Positions 18,609-27,983 are shown, counted from the first letter of the stretch. The stretch: 64,000 nt of DNA from Candidatus Aldehydirespirator sp. (GCA_965204875.1 OZ242020.1:2027729-2091728); one strand, 5' to 3'. Notes: generated by a model from the letters alone, not told the origin. Program-made: numbers and translations.

Positions 18609-19406
18609 TCAGGCACCGTGGGTGACCCCCGAGCCCGGATCGGCTGCCACGAGATCGTAGATCTGTTCCAGGTCGGCGCAAGCGTCGGACGCTCCCGGCC
18701 GCGAGGGCAGCGAGTGGATCGGCCGCGAGCGTGCCGCGGCCTCGGCGAGAGCGGCTCGCAACCGGATGGGGGCGAGGACGAGGCTGCCGTGTTCGGCCAC
18801 CAGCTGCTCGTGCCAGTAGCGGGCGTCGCGGGTGCGTCCGAGACCGTTGACGATCACCCCGGCAACCCCGAGCCCCGAGGGCTTGCGTGCCGCGATCCGC
18901 TCGACGGTGCGAAGGATCTCGCTGACGCCGTCGGAGGACCAGGCGCTGGGCTCGGTCACGACCAGCGCCGAGTCCGCCGCGAACAGCGCGTTGACGGTGA
19001 GCAGCCCGAGCGATGGCGGGCAGTCGATCAGCACCAGTGGTTCCTGCCGTCCCGAGAGCGCCACTCGAAGCCGGTCCGTGGCGCCGATCGGATCGGTGAG
19101 CAACTGGCGCTCGCGCGCCGCCAGCGCCGTTGTGGAGGGCACCACGAGCGGCGGCGTCCCGGCATCGTCGGGCCACCCCGACGGCACGGCCAACTCCGCG
19201 ATGGCGCCCGGCCGGTCGGAGTCCAGGGCCTCGTCCACAGTCCTCGACGGCTCCCAGATTCCCAGCCCGGTGGTGGCGTTGCCCTGGGGATCCATGTCGA
19301 TCACCAGGCTCGGGCTGCGCCGCGACCAGGCGACCGATGCCAGCCCCAGGGTGACCGTGGTCTTGCCCACACCGCCCTTCTGGTTCACCAGAGCAATCGT
19401 CGCCAC
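18609..19406 (-). CDS. ParA/MinD-family ATPase
   Basis: 265 aa. Deviant Walker A VNQKGGVGKTT and LIDCPPSLG. Confidence 0.85.
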   Translation of the reverse strand: MATIALVNQKGGVGKTTVTLGLASVAWSRRSPSLVIDMDPQGNATTGLGIWEPSRTVDEALDSDRPGAIAELAVPSGWPDDAGTPPLVVPSTTALAARERQLLTDPIGATDRLRVALSGRQEPLVLIDCPPSLGLLTVNALFAADSALVVTEPSAWSSDGVSEILRTVERIAARKPSGLGVAGVIVNGLGRTRDARYWHEQLVAEHGSLVLAPIRLRAALAEAAARSRPIHSLPSRPGASDACADLEQIYDLVAADPGSGVTHGA

Positions 19407-19458
19407 AGCGAAGACGGTAGTTGAGCCGGACCGGCCGGACGGGGCTCTGCCGCAACAA

Positions 19459-19630
19459 GCCGCAGCAAAGGCCGCGGCGTGCCCGCAAGCTGCTCTGGGT
19501 GTGCCTGGTAACCCTCGGCGTGTTGCACCTGCCGCAGCAAAGGACGCGGCGCGCCCGCAAGCTGCTCTGGGTGTGCCTGGTAACCCTCGGCGTGTTGCAC
19601 ACGCCGCAGCAAAGGCCGTGGCGCGCCAGC
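19459..19630. repeat. 72-bp tandem repeat, about 2.4 copies
   Basis: Copies at 19459-19530 and 19531-19602 differ at 3 of 72 positions. A partial third copy starts at 19603. Confidence 0.9.
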
Positions 19631-19641
19631 AAACTGGGGGT

Positions 19642-20871
19642 ATGGCTTCGCAGCGAGGAGCTCAGAGGCTGCTGGCCCGCTGGGGCCGCGACCTGCTCGG
19701 GGTGCGCGGCGCCTTCGCGGCCCTGGTGCTGGCCGCGGTCGCCAGCCTCGTCGCCGGCCTGATACTCGCCTCGATCACCGGCACGCTTGAGAGGCTGCCC
19801 GGCATGCTGTTGCTGGTGCCTGCGGCGATAGCGGTCAAGGGCGACATCTTCGGTGCCGTGGGCAGCAGGATGGGCACTGCCATCCATGCCGGCACTTTCC
19901 GCCTCGGCGGCGGGCGCAGTTCGGCGATCGCGCAGAACGCTTACGCGTCCATCGCGCTGAGCCTGGTGATAGGTCTGGGCCTGGCCCTGATGGCGAAGGC
20001 CACGGCGCTCGCATTCAACGTCTCGCCGATCATGACCATCTCAGAGTTCGTTGTGATATCGGCCTTCGGATGTCTCATCGCCGCTTTCGTCGTTCTGGGC
20101 ATCACGCTCGCGGCGACGGCGGCCGCCGTTCGCTTCGGCTGGGATCTCGACAATGTGGTCGCTCCGCTGGTGACTGCGACGGGCGACGTGGTGACGCTGC
20201 CATCGCTGGTGGTGGCGGCTGAGTTGGCCGGACACCGGGTGCTCACGCCGGTTGCGGCCTGGGTGCTGGCGGTGCTGGCGGTGCTGGCCGCCGCCTGGGG
20301 GCTGAGCAGCCGGATGGCGGACCTTCGCACCATCATGCGCGAGTCGATCCCCGTGCTCATGGGGGCGGGCCTGCTGTCGCTAGTAGCGGGCATCACGATG
20401 GAGGTGCGCATCGACAAGTTCCTCACGTACCCGGTGCTGCTGGTGCTGCTGCCCGGATATCTCAGCACCGCCGGGGCGCTGGGCGGGGTGCTGTCGAGTC
20501 GCCTGTCCACCAAGCTGCACCTCGGTCTGGTGATGCCTCGGCCGCTGCCGTCGGGGCCGGCCAGGGTGGATATGGCCACGACGTTCGCCATGTCGGTGCC
20601 GGTGTTCGCGCTGTTGGGGCTGATGGCATCGGCGGCGGGCAGCCTCTTCGGCCATCCGGGGCCTGCGCTGGTCGATCTGGTTGCAGTGGCGTTGCTCAGC
20701 GGGGTGTTGGTGACAGTGCTGGTGGTTGTGATCTCCTATTACGGAACGGTTGCGGCCGTTCGCTTCGGGGTGGATCCCGACACCTGCGGCATCCCCATAG
20801 TGACGTCCTCGCTGGACCTGGTCGGGGCCTTCACCCTGATCTTGTCCGTAGTGGTGGTAGGCGTGGGATGA
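19642..20871 (+). CDS. MgtE-type divalent-cation transporter (duplicated membrane domain, no cytosolic sensor)
   Basis: Has AVKGDIFGAVGSRMGTAIHAG and, in the second half, LPGYLSTAGALGGVLSSRLSTKLHLG. The ORF-track start (18832) was trimmed to the ATG at 19642 because the upstream part is antisense to parA plus the repeats. Confidence 0.7.
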   Translation: MASQRGAQRLLARWGRDLLGVRGAFAALVLAAVASLVAGLILASITGTLERLPGMLLLVPAAIAVKGDIFGAVGSRMGTAIHAGTFRLGGGRSSAIAQNAYASIALSLVIGLGLALMAKATALAFNVSPIMTISEFVVISAFGCLIAAFVVLGITLAATAAAVRFGWDLDNVVAPLVTATGDVVTLPSLVVAAELAGHRVLTPVAAWVLAVLAVLAAAWGLSSRMADLRTIMRESIPVLMGAGLLSLVAGITMEVRIDKFLTYPVLLVLLPGYLSTAGALGGVLSSRLSTKLHLGLVMPRPLPSGPARVDMATTFAMSVPVFALLGLMASAAGSLFGHPGPALVDLVAVALLSGVLVTVLVVVISYYGTVAAVRFGVDPDTCGIPIVTSSLDLVGAFTLILSVVVVGVG

Positions 20872-20887
20872 TTCCCGCTGAGAAGAT

Positions 20888-22147
20888 GTGCGCCGGGAGG
20901 ATGTGATGGACGAGAAGCCTCGCAACCTGCGTGAGATGTTGGCCGAGGCCAAGGACACCTCAGAGTTGATGGTCGACCTGGCCTATGCGGCGCTGTATTT
21001 CGGCGATCAGGAGATGGCCGAGGAGGTGGGCGCGCTGGAGGATCGCATGAGCCAGCTCGTTCAGGACATGAGGGCGGTGAGCATCCTCGCGGTGCGGCAT
21101 CCCCGCGACGCCGAGGGGATGTCCTCGGTGCTGCAGGTGATCTCTGCGATCGAGCGCATAGCCAACGACGCGGTGGACATCGCCCGCATCGTCACGCACC
21201 GGGTCGGCATTCCGGCTGAGCTTGTGGCGGACCTGAGCGCCGCCGAGGAGGTGTCGCACCGGGTGCTGGTCGCCGACGGCTCGACGCTGGCGCACAGCCA
21301 CCTTGCCGATCACGAGATGCCGGTGCATATGGGCATGCGTGTCATGGCCGTGCGCCGCGAGCGGGAGTGGATCACAGACGTCGGCGGCGACACGGTGATC
21401 GTCCCCGACGACGTGCTGTTCCTGCGAGGTTCGCCTGAGGCGATCGAGGAGCTTCGCAAGCTGGCCGGCTCTCCCGGCTGGTCGCCGCCGCAGGTGCCCG
21501 ACGGCCCCGTGCCCACCGACCTGGACCGTGCCGTGGACGTGCTGGTGGAGATGAAGGACCTCTCCGAGGTGGCGGTCGGCCTTGCCTACTCGGCCCTGGT
21601 GCTGTGCGACGAGAGCCTCGCTGCGGAGGTGAACCACCTAGAGGATCGACTCGACGAGATGAAGGACCGGCTCGAGATGTGGGTGCTGCGAGCCGCCCGC
21701 GACAATGTGGGGGAGTCGGGCCTGCGCGGGCTGCTGGACCTGTCGCAGGCGGCCGAGGATCTCGGCGACCAGGCCCAGCAGATGGTGGGGGTCATCGGGC
21801 GCCAGGAGGAGATCCACCCCATTCTGGCGGTGGCGCTCGGTGACAGCGACGATGTCGTGGCCCACGTCCCCGTGGGGGCCGGCTCGGCGGTGGAGGGAGC
21901 GACGCTCGCGGAGCTGAGGCTCAACATAGAGCCCGGGTTCACGGTGCTGGCCATCCGCCGCGGCGGCCAGTACCGGTACCGGCCCCGCGGGGGCGTGCGG
22001 CTCGTGTCGGGTGACGCGCTGATAGCCAGCGGCCCGGACGAGGGGCGTGAGCGCTTGGCCGAGATGTGCGGGTGGCGGCTGCTGCGCCACGACGACGAGC
22101 CGCGCTTCGAGCTCGAGCCGCTGGAGCACGCGGTCGCCGGTTCCTGA
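20888..22147 (+). CDS. PhoU-like/TrkA-C (RCK_C) domain regulatory protein, two-fold internal repeat
   Basis: 419 aa. DTSELMVDLAYAALYFGDQEMAEEV and DLSEVAVGLAYSALVLCDESLAAEV are each followed by an RCK_C-like segment. Adjacent to the MgtE-like gene. Confidence 0.65.
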   Translation: MRREDVMDEKPRNLREMLAEAKDTSELMVDLAYAALYFGDQEMAEEVGALEDRMSQLVQDMRAVSILAVRHPRDAEGMSSVLQVISAIERIANDAVDIARIVTHRVGIPAELVADLSAAEEVSHRVLVADGSTLAHSHLADHEMPVHMGMRVMAVRREREWITDVGGDTVIVPDDVLFLRGSPEAIEELRKLAGSPGWSPPQVPDGPVPTDLDRAVDVLVEMKDLSEVAVGLAYSALVLCDESLAAEVNHLEDRLDEMKDRLEMWVLRAARDNVGESGLRGLLDLSQAAEDLGDQAQQMVGVIGRQEEIHPILAVALGDSDDVVAHVPVGAGSAVEGATLAELRLNIEPGFTVLAIRRGGQYRYRPRGGVRLVSGDALIASGPDEGRERLAEMCGWRLLRHDDEPRFELEPLEHAVAGS

Positions 22148-22341
22148 TCGCCGGGCCGCGTGTGCCCTCGGGTCCGCGCGCACGGTGAGCGGCTCAAGCA
22201 GCGCGGTCACAGGTTCCTGATCGTTGTGCCGCCCGCGCCCGTGTGTGGCGTGTTGGCGGTCCTCGACGCCGCTGGACGGCGCTCGGGCGAGCTGACCCGT
22301 AACGGGTGTTCCAGCCGCGGGCGGCGGTATCTTCACCGGCG

Positions 22342-23220
22342 ATGGCTGATCCGCTCTGCCTGCTCACCGTGCATGCGCATCCCGACGACGAGGCTTCCAA
22401 GGGCGCGCCGACCGTGGCGCGCTATCACGCCGAGGGTGTGCGCACGGTGCTCGTGTGCTGCACGGGCGGCGAGGAGGGCGAGATCCTCAATCCCGCCCTC
22501 GACGGCCCGGACATGGCCGAGCGGCTGGCGGAGGTGCGTGCGGAGGAACTGGCCCGCGCCGCTGAGGTGATCGGCTACGACGAGGTGGTCATGCTCGGCT
22601 ACCGCGACTCCGGCATGGAGGGCTCCGACGCCAACGACCACCCCGAGTGCTTCGCCAACGCCGAACTCGACGAGGCCGTGGACCGGCTCGTGGAGGTGAT
22701 ACGCCGCCACCGACCCCAGGTGGTGGTGACCTACCCCGAGGACCAGACCGGCTACCGGCATCCCGACCACGTGAGGGTGCACGATGTCTCGGTGCCGGCC
22801 TTCGATCGTGCCGGCGAACCCGGTTACCGCCCCGACCTCGGCGAGCCGTGGACACCGTCGAAGCTCTACTACACGCTCTGGTCGCACGAGCGCATCGTGG
22901 GGCGCCACCGGGCGTTCCAGGACCTCGGCTTGGAGTCGCCCTACAGCGACTGGTGGTTCGAGCGCGAGTCCACGGACGAGCAGATCACCACGCAGGTGCC
23001 CGTGGACGGGTTCATCGACGCCCGCATCGAGGGACTGCTCGCCCACGCCACGCAGATAGACCCCGAGTCGACGTTCTGGTTCGGGCTTCCCCCCGAGGTG
23101 GAGCGCTCCATCCATCCCTACGACGACTATGTGCTGGCCCGCGGGCCGCGGCCCGCGCAGCTTCCCGAGCGCGACCTGTTCGAGGGTCTGCGGGGCGAGC
23201 CGGCCGCGGGCGCCGGCTGA
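22342..23220 (+). CDS. mca: mycothiol S-conjugate amidase (PIG-L/LmbE family)
   Basis: 292 aa from the ATG at 22342. Has VHAHPDDE, TGGEEGEILNP, HPDH and AHATQIDP. It resembles mycobacterial Mca along its whole length, from memory. Confidence 0.75.
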   Translation: MADPLCLLTVHAHPDDEASKGAPTVARYHAEGVRTVLVCCTGGEEGEILNPALDGPDMAERLAEVRAEELARAAEVIGYDEVVMLGYRDSGMEGSDANDHPECFANAELDEAVDRLVEVIRRHRPQVVVTYPEDQTGYRHPDHVRVHDVSVPAFDRAGEPGYRPDLGEPWTPSKLYYTLWSHERIVGRHRAFQDLGLESPYSDWWFERESTDEQITTQVPVDGFIDARIEGLLAHATQIDPESTFWFGLPPEVERSIHPYDDYVLARGPRPAQLPERDLFEGLRGEPAAGAG

Positions 23221-23382
23221 CGGCCGCGCTTTGAGGACGCGCCAAGACGTATGTTCGCCGCGATGACAGGGCGGGGTGACTGGTTGCTGCTGACGGTCGC
23301 GCTCCGAGGACGTGCCAAGACGTATGCTCGCCACCGGCGGCCTCGACGCCCGAAATCGGGCTGATCGTGCCATGGTCGGCTG
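23217..23382. repeat. direct repeats (about 43 nt, period ~73 nt) beginning on the mca stop codon
   Basis: ctgacggccgcgctttgaggacgcgccaagacgtatgttcgcc (23217-) versus ctgacggtcgcgctccgaggacgtgccaagacgtatgctcgcc (23290-). A short third copy, ctgacggtcgcg, lies at 23370. Confidence 0.8.
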
Positions 23383-23783
23383 ACGGTCGCGGTTCGATGA
23401 TTGCAGTCGTGGCGACTGAGCCCCTGGGCGAGGTTTGGCTGCAGGCGGCCGCGCAGGCGCTGGGCGGTGTGCATGCGCCGGATGCTCCCGACGGTGCCGC
23501 GCAGTTCACCGTCAGCGGCTCGCCCCAAGGTGCGGTGTCGTTCTACGTGACGGTTTCCGGAGGCGGGGTCAGCCTGTCCGCGGGGCGTCACCCCCGCCCC
23601 GACGTGGTGCTGGGCTGGACGTACCCCGACCTGCTGGCGGTGCTGCGCGGTGAGCTTCCACTGGAGGTGGCTTACATGTCCGGCAGCCTGAAGCTGGAGG
23701 GCGACCGGGTGCTGCTCTTCGACGGTTGGCGCTCGCTGCGCCGCTCGGCTGCAGTGTGCGAGGCTCTCGCCGCAACCGCCTAG
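23367..23783 (+). CDS. SCP2 sterol-binding domain protein
   Basis: Has LLAVLRGELPLEVAYMSGSLKLEGD. The start may be the ATG at 23397. Confidence 0.6.
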   Translation: MPWSADGRGSMIAVVATEPLGEVWLQAAAQALGGVHAPDAPDGAAQFTVSGSPQGAVSFYVTVSGGGVSLSAGRHPRPDVVLGWTYPDLLAVLRGELPLEVAYMSGSLKLEGDRVLLFDGWRSLRRSAAVCEALAATA

Positions 23784-23791
23784 GGGGATCC

Positions 23792-24631
23792 TCAGACGCG
23801 GTGGCGGGCCCGTCGCTGCGCGCTGCGCAGCTCGCGGTAGCCGACCGGAACCGCCTTCGCCTCGCGGATCATCTGGGCCGTCTCCGCTGCCAGCGCGAGG
23901 GCCAGGTCGTCCACCCTGCCCGCAGCGGACGGGTCGATGGCGTGGATCTCGGGCTCGTCGAGTGCCGGGCACAGAGACAGCTCGGTGACGCCCTCTGCGA
24001 GGTCGCTTAGCTGCTCGACGACGTGTCGCCGCGCGTTGCCGCGCACCAGACGGAAGTTGTCGGGGAACACCACGCCCTCGGCCACCGCCAGGGAGCGGAA
24101 CGGGAAGCCGGCGTTCGCCTCGGCGGGAGCACCCTCGAGCCGGATCGGCAGGTCGAAGCTGACGGCCAGGTCCAGCAGCACGTCGAAGAACTCCGGCCGC
24201 TGCTGCAGCGCTGCCATGTGGGTTGTGAGGTGTGTGACGTCGAAGCCCCAGAGCACGGCACGCTCGAGCTGAGCCCGGCACTCCCTGCGGGCCTCGTCGA
24301 GGTCGGCGTGGTCCCACAGGTCTTGCAGCGTTCGGGGGAACCCGCCGTCGCCGTCGAGCAGGCTCGGGGCGTTGGTGATGGGTCCCCAGCGGAAGCAATC
24401 GAGCTCCGAGTTGAGCGTCAAGTGAACTCCGAGGTCCTCGCCCCGGTAGAGCTCGGCCGCGTGGCGTGCCCAGGCGCCCGGCATCACGATCGTGCCGGTG
24501 GTGGCCGCGCCCTCACGCAGGGCTTGGTAGCCGCCCGCCGTGGAGGAGTGCGTCGTGCCGATCCGGTCTGCGCTGAGGATCACGAGCCGCGTGCCGGGGC
24601 GGTGCCCGAGCTGCTCCACCAGCGATTCCAC
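23792..24631 (-). CDS. ChbG/YdjC-family carbohydrate deacetylase
   Basis: 279 aa. N-terminal LVILSADRIG..HS, then LGVHLTLNSE. Confidence 0.65.
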   Translation of the reverse strand: MESLVEQLGHRPGTRLVILSADRIGTTHSSTAGGYQALREGAATTGTIVMPGAWARHAAELYRGEDLGVHLTLNSELDCFRWGPITNAPSLLDGDGGFPRTLQDLWDHADLDEARRECRAQLERAVLWGFDVTHLTTHMAALQQRPEFFDVLLDLAVSFDLPIRLEGAPAEANAGFPFRSLAVAEGVVFPDNFRLVRGNARRHVVEQLSDLAEGVTELSLCPALDEPEIHAIDPSAAGRVDDLALALAAETAQMIREAKAVPVGYRELRSAQRRARHRV

Positions 24632-24741
24632 AGCCCTGAAGGTATCGGGCTGCGCGGCAGTGCCCGAAGCCGGCCATTGAAGGCCGCCGAGGCTCAGGCG
24701 TCGCGGTCATGCGGAGCCGGCGGCGCGGTCATGGGGGTGCC

Positions 24742-25506
24742 TCACTCCAGGGGCGTGTCGGGGCCTCCGCAGGCGCCCCACAGCCCGAGTCCGGCCGACC
24801 TGGCCTGGGCTTCGGCGCGTGCCATCGCGACGGCGTAGGTGTCGTTGGGCGGGAAGTTCAGCTTGGCGGCGTGGCCGCTGACCACAAGCTCGAGGTTCAC
24901 GAACAGGCCGTCACCGGACCGCACCACGTAGCCGAGCAGCCGGTCGTAGATGTCGCGCAGCTCCGTGTCGCGTATCACGGTGATGGGCGTGCCGGGGGGA
25001 AGCAGCTCGTGCAGGTACCTCGAGGCTTCCGAGCCGTAGCACTCCACCGGGCGGTAGCGAGCCACCGACTCCGGCGTGTCTATTCCGATGAGCCGGAGCG
25101 ACTCGGAGTTGCTGCCGATCTTCGCGATGATGGTGTCGCCGTCGATGACCGCTTCGACGGTGGCGTTGGGCTCCCACATGTCCGGCCCGCCCGGCACGCG
25201 GCTCGGTGCGCCGGTGCCGTTGCCGTCCGCGCCGGACTGCGCCGCCTGAGCGCTGTTCGCGCCGGGCTCCGTCGCCGCCTCGATGTCGCGCAGCAAGGCC
25301 GTCGATGCCGCCGCGGTGCCGTCCGCGCCGGGTTGCACTGCTTGACCTGGTTGCGCTGCCTCACCGGATTGCGCTGCTTGGCCGGGTTGCGCCGTCTCGG
25401 CGCTGGCGGCGCCGGCCGTGTCGCCCGGAGACTCCGAACTCCGGCGGTCCGAGCTGCAACCGGCGCCGGCGACCAGCAACACCACCGCTGCAAGGGCGAT
25501 CCGCAT
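24742..25506 (-). CDS. thermonuclease (staphylococcal nuclease) family lipoprotein
   Basis: Trimmed to the ATG at 25506. Lipobox LLVAGAGC. SNase motifs VIDGDTI and LRLIGIDTPE. A Q/A/G-rich linker is present. Confidence 0.75.
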   Translation of the reverse strand: MRIALAAVVLLVAGAGCSSDRRSSESPGDTAGAASAETAQPGQAAQSGEAAQPGQAVQPGADGTAAASTALLRDIEAATEPGANSAQAAQSGADGNGTGAPSRVPGGPDMWEPNATVEAVIDGDTIIAKIGSNSESLRLIGIDTPESVARYRPVECYGSEASRYLHELLPPGTPITVIRDTELRDIYDRLLGYVVRSGDGLFVNLELVVSGHAAKLNFPPNDTYAVAMARAEAQARSAGLGLWGACGGPDTPLE

Positions 25507-25831
25507 CAGCCGGCTCGTTCTCACTGGCGGCACGGATCTCGACGACCGGCCCGATCTCCACGACCGCACCCGTCTCCGCTGGCTCATTCTCACCGAATAC
25601 CTGAACTTCACTGGCCGAGAATTCTCGACGTCATGGCGGTGTGGGGTGGCCGGTAACGCCAATCGTGACTCCCGGCTGGTCGGTGCTTGCGCAATGCGCT
25701 CATCCGTCTGCGGGCTCGGACACTGCGGAGTCCGCCCCTTGCCGTGCGGTGCCTGCTGCGAGGGCGCTCTCAGATTCATCTGCGGGCTCGGGCTGCCGGG
25801 AAGGGTCGAGCGGTGGCGCGGCTCGCAGCGC

Positions 25832-26011
25832 TCACGCCGCCGCGGGCAGGTCGTCGCTCGAGACGATACCGGCCCGACGATCGCGCCCTGCCGCTTGAAG
25901 TGCGGCCCGGGCACGGGCCACGCCCCGCCGCCCCGTCTCGCGGGTGGCGGCGTCGAGGTGCCACACGGCAGCGGTGTCGTCGGTGTCGATGAGGATCATC
26001 TGATCGGTCAT
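25832..26011 (-). CDS. possible small ORF (59 aa), hypothetical
   Basis: MTDQMILIDTDDTAAVWHLDAATRETGRRGVARARAALQAAG... has high GC3 and runs divergent from the LLM gene. No clear SD. Confidence 0.25.
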   Translation of the reverse strand: MTDQMILIDTDDTAAVWHLDAATRETGRRGVARARAALQAAGRDRRAGIVSSDDLPAAA

Positions 26012-26050
26012 GCACCCATAATCCCAGGGGGGTGTGACATCCTGTCCTGC

Positions 26051-27019
26051 ATGACTCAGCGATACGGCATCACCGTGCCCTTCTCCGGCCCGCTGCACAC
26101 CCAGCGGGCACGTTTCGAGGAGTTGGCCGAACTCGGATACACCGACGTGTGGTCGGCAGAGTCGGACGGGTTCGACGGGCTGACGACCCTGACCCTGGCG
26201 GCGGCCTGGGCGCCGTCGTTGCGGCTGGGCACGGCCATCCTGCCCGTGTTCACCCGCGGCCCCGCCCTGCTGGCGCAGTCGGCGGCGTCGCTGGCATCGG
26301 CGGCACCGGGCCGTTTCGTGCTGGGAATCGGCTCGTCGTCGGACGTGATCGTGCAGCGCTGGAACGCCATGGACTTCGACCGCCCCTACGCCAGGGTGCG
26401 TGACACGGTCCGGTTCCTGCGGGCCGCGCTGGGCGGCGAGAAGGTCACCGCAGACTACGACACCTTCGCAGTGCGCGGCTTCAGGCTCAGCGTGAGGGTG
26501 CAGGAGCCGGTGCCGATCTTCGTGGCCGCCCTGCGCGAGCGGATGCTGCGCCTCGCCGCACGCGAGGCCGATGGAGCGATCGTCAACTGGCTCTCCACCA
26601 GCGACGTGGCCCGCGTGGAGAGCATCGTCCGCTCCGAGAGCGCCACCGCGGAGCTGGTCGCCCGGATCTTCGTGATACCCACGCCCGACCGCGAGGCGGC
26701 GATATCTGCGGGCAGGTTCATCCTTGCGGCCTACATCAACGTTCCCGTGTACCGTGCCTTTCATGAGTGGCTCGGCCGCGGCGATGCGCTCGGCGAGCAC
26801 TGGGCGCAGTGGGACTCCGGCGACCGCCGCGGCTCGCTGGAGAAGATTCCCGAGCACGTGGTGGATGAGCTGCTCGTGCACGGCGAGCCCGACGAGTGCC
26901 GCAGGCAGATCCTCGGCTACATCGACAGCGGCATCACCTGCACGGCGCCAATGGTGCTGCCGGTGCCGGGAGTCGACAGCTTCGAGGTGGTGCGGGCGCT
27001 CGCTCCCGCCGCCTCCTGA
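26051..27019 (+). CDS. LLM-class (luciferase-like) F420-dependent oxidoreductase
   Basis: 322 aa from the ATG at 26051. Has LGTAILPVFTRGPALLAQSAASL and GIGSS. Confidence 0.8.
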   Translation: MTQRYGITVPFSGPLHTQRARFEELAELGYTDVWSAESDGFDGLTTLTLAAAWAPSLRLGTAILPVFTRGPALLAQSAASLASAAPGRFVLGIGSSSDVIVQRWNAMDFDRPYARVRDTVRFLRAALGGEKVTADYDTFAVRGFRLSVRVQEPVPIFVAALRERMLRLAAREADGAIVNWLSTSDVARVESIVRSESATAELVARIFVIPTPDREAAISAGRFILAAYINVPVYRAFHEWLGRGDALGEHWAQWDSGDRRGSLEKIPEHVVDELLVHGEPDECRRQILGYIDSGITCTAPMVLPVPGVDSFEVVRALAPAAS

Positions 27020-27161
27020 AGTCACCGGGCCGAGGATGACGGCGCGTCCTGAAGTAGTGCGGGCGCCCGCGCCTGCCGCCTCCTGAAGTCGTTGGCCGCG
27101 TGATGCTCTGGTGTCGGGTTCGCGTGGAGTGCGCCCAGCGAGCGGGCGGCGATGCAGGCGG

Positions 27162-27983
27162 CTACGGGGATCGTGTGAGCGTTCGGCGCATCCTGCGCAT
27201 GCCTGCGAGCCAGCGCTCCCGGTCGCCGGCGCGGCGCTGCTCGTAGTCGGCCACCTCGGGGTGGGGCAGCACTAGGAAGCGATCCTCGCGCAGCGCCTGC
27301 AGGGTGACCTCGGCCACCTGTTCGGGCTCCATCAGGCCGAGTCCCCGCACCTGGCTGACACCCAGCTGGCCATCCGCCTCTGTCATGGGTGTGCGCACGC
27401 CCTGCGGGCAGAGGCATGACACCCGCACGCCGTCGTCTCCGTGCGTGATGGATATCCACTCGGCCAGCCCCACGGCGGCGTGCTTGGTGACGGCGTAGGA
27501 GGCGGTGCCCAGGCCCGTGAGCAACCCCGCAGCCGAGGCCGTCACCAGCAAATGCCCGGACCGGCGCTGTGTCCAGAGCGGTACGAGGTGGCGGCAGGCG
27601 ATCACATGCGCCAGCACGTTCACCTCCCACAGCCGGTTCCAGGCCTCGTCGGGACGCTCCAGCCCGCCGGGGTCTGCGATGCCTGCGTTGCCGCACCACA
27701 GCTCCAGAGCGCCGAGCTCGTCCTCGACCCGGCGTATGAGAGCGGCGACCGCAGCCTCGTCGGTGACGTCGAGGCCGACGCCGAAACCGCCGGTACCGCT
27801 TGCCCGCCCGGCACCGCCGCTGATCTCGGCCGCGATCTCGGCGGCAACGGACTCCGCGCCGAGCCGGTCGAGATCGGCCGCCACCACCGTGGCGCCCGCA
27901 TCGAGTGCCAGGGCCCTCGCCAGCGCCCTGCCGATCCCGCTGGCCGCGCCCGTGACCACCGCCACGGCTCCCTGAAGCTCCAC
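27162..27983 (-). CDS. SDR family oxidoreductase
   Basis: Has VTGAASGIGRALA (TGxxxGxG) and YAVTKHA (YxxxK). Confidence 0.8.
   Translation of the reverse strand: MELQGAVAVVTGAASGIGRALARALALDAGATVVAADLDRLGAESVAAEIAAEISGGAGRASGTGGFGVGLDVTDEAAVAALIRRVEDELGALELWCGNAGIADPGGLERPDEAWNRLWEVNVLAHVIACRHLVPLWTQRRSGHLLVTASAAGLLTGLGTASYAVTKHAAVGLAEWISITHGDDGVRVSCLCPQGVRTPMTEADGQLGVSQVRGLGLMEPEQVAEVTLQALREDRFLVLPHPEVADYEQRRAGDRERWLAGMRRMRRTLTRSP

Noticed and set aside
18832-19641. N-terminal 270 codons of the 679-aa track ORF 18832..20871
   Set aside because: This part is antisense to the parA-like gene and then reads through the 72-bp repeats. The transporter homology begins at the ATG at 19642. The same trimming logic was applied to 25418..27019 (to 26051), 34341..35414 (to 34959), 56061..58400 (to 56697), 24742..25914 (to 25506) and 30664..31407 (to 31332).
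19407-19641. M-box (Mg2+) riboswitch upstream of the mgtE-like gene
   Set aside because: The region is occupied by the 72-bp repeats, and I see no M-box-like conserved segments.
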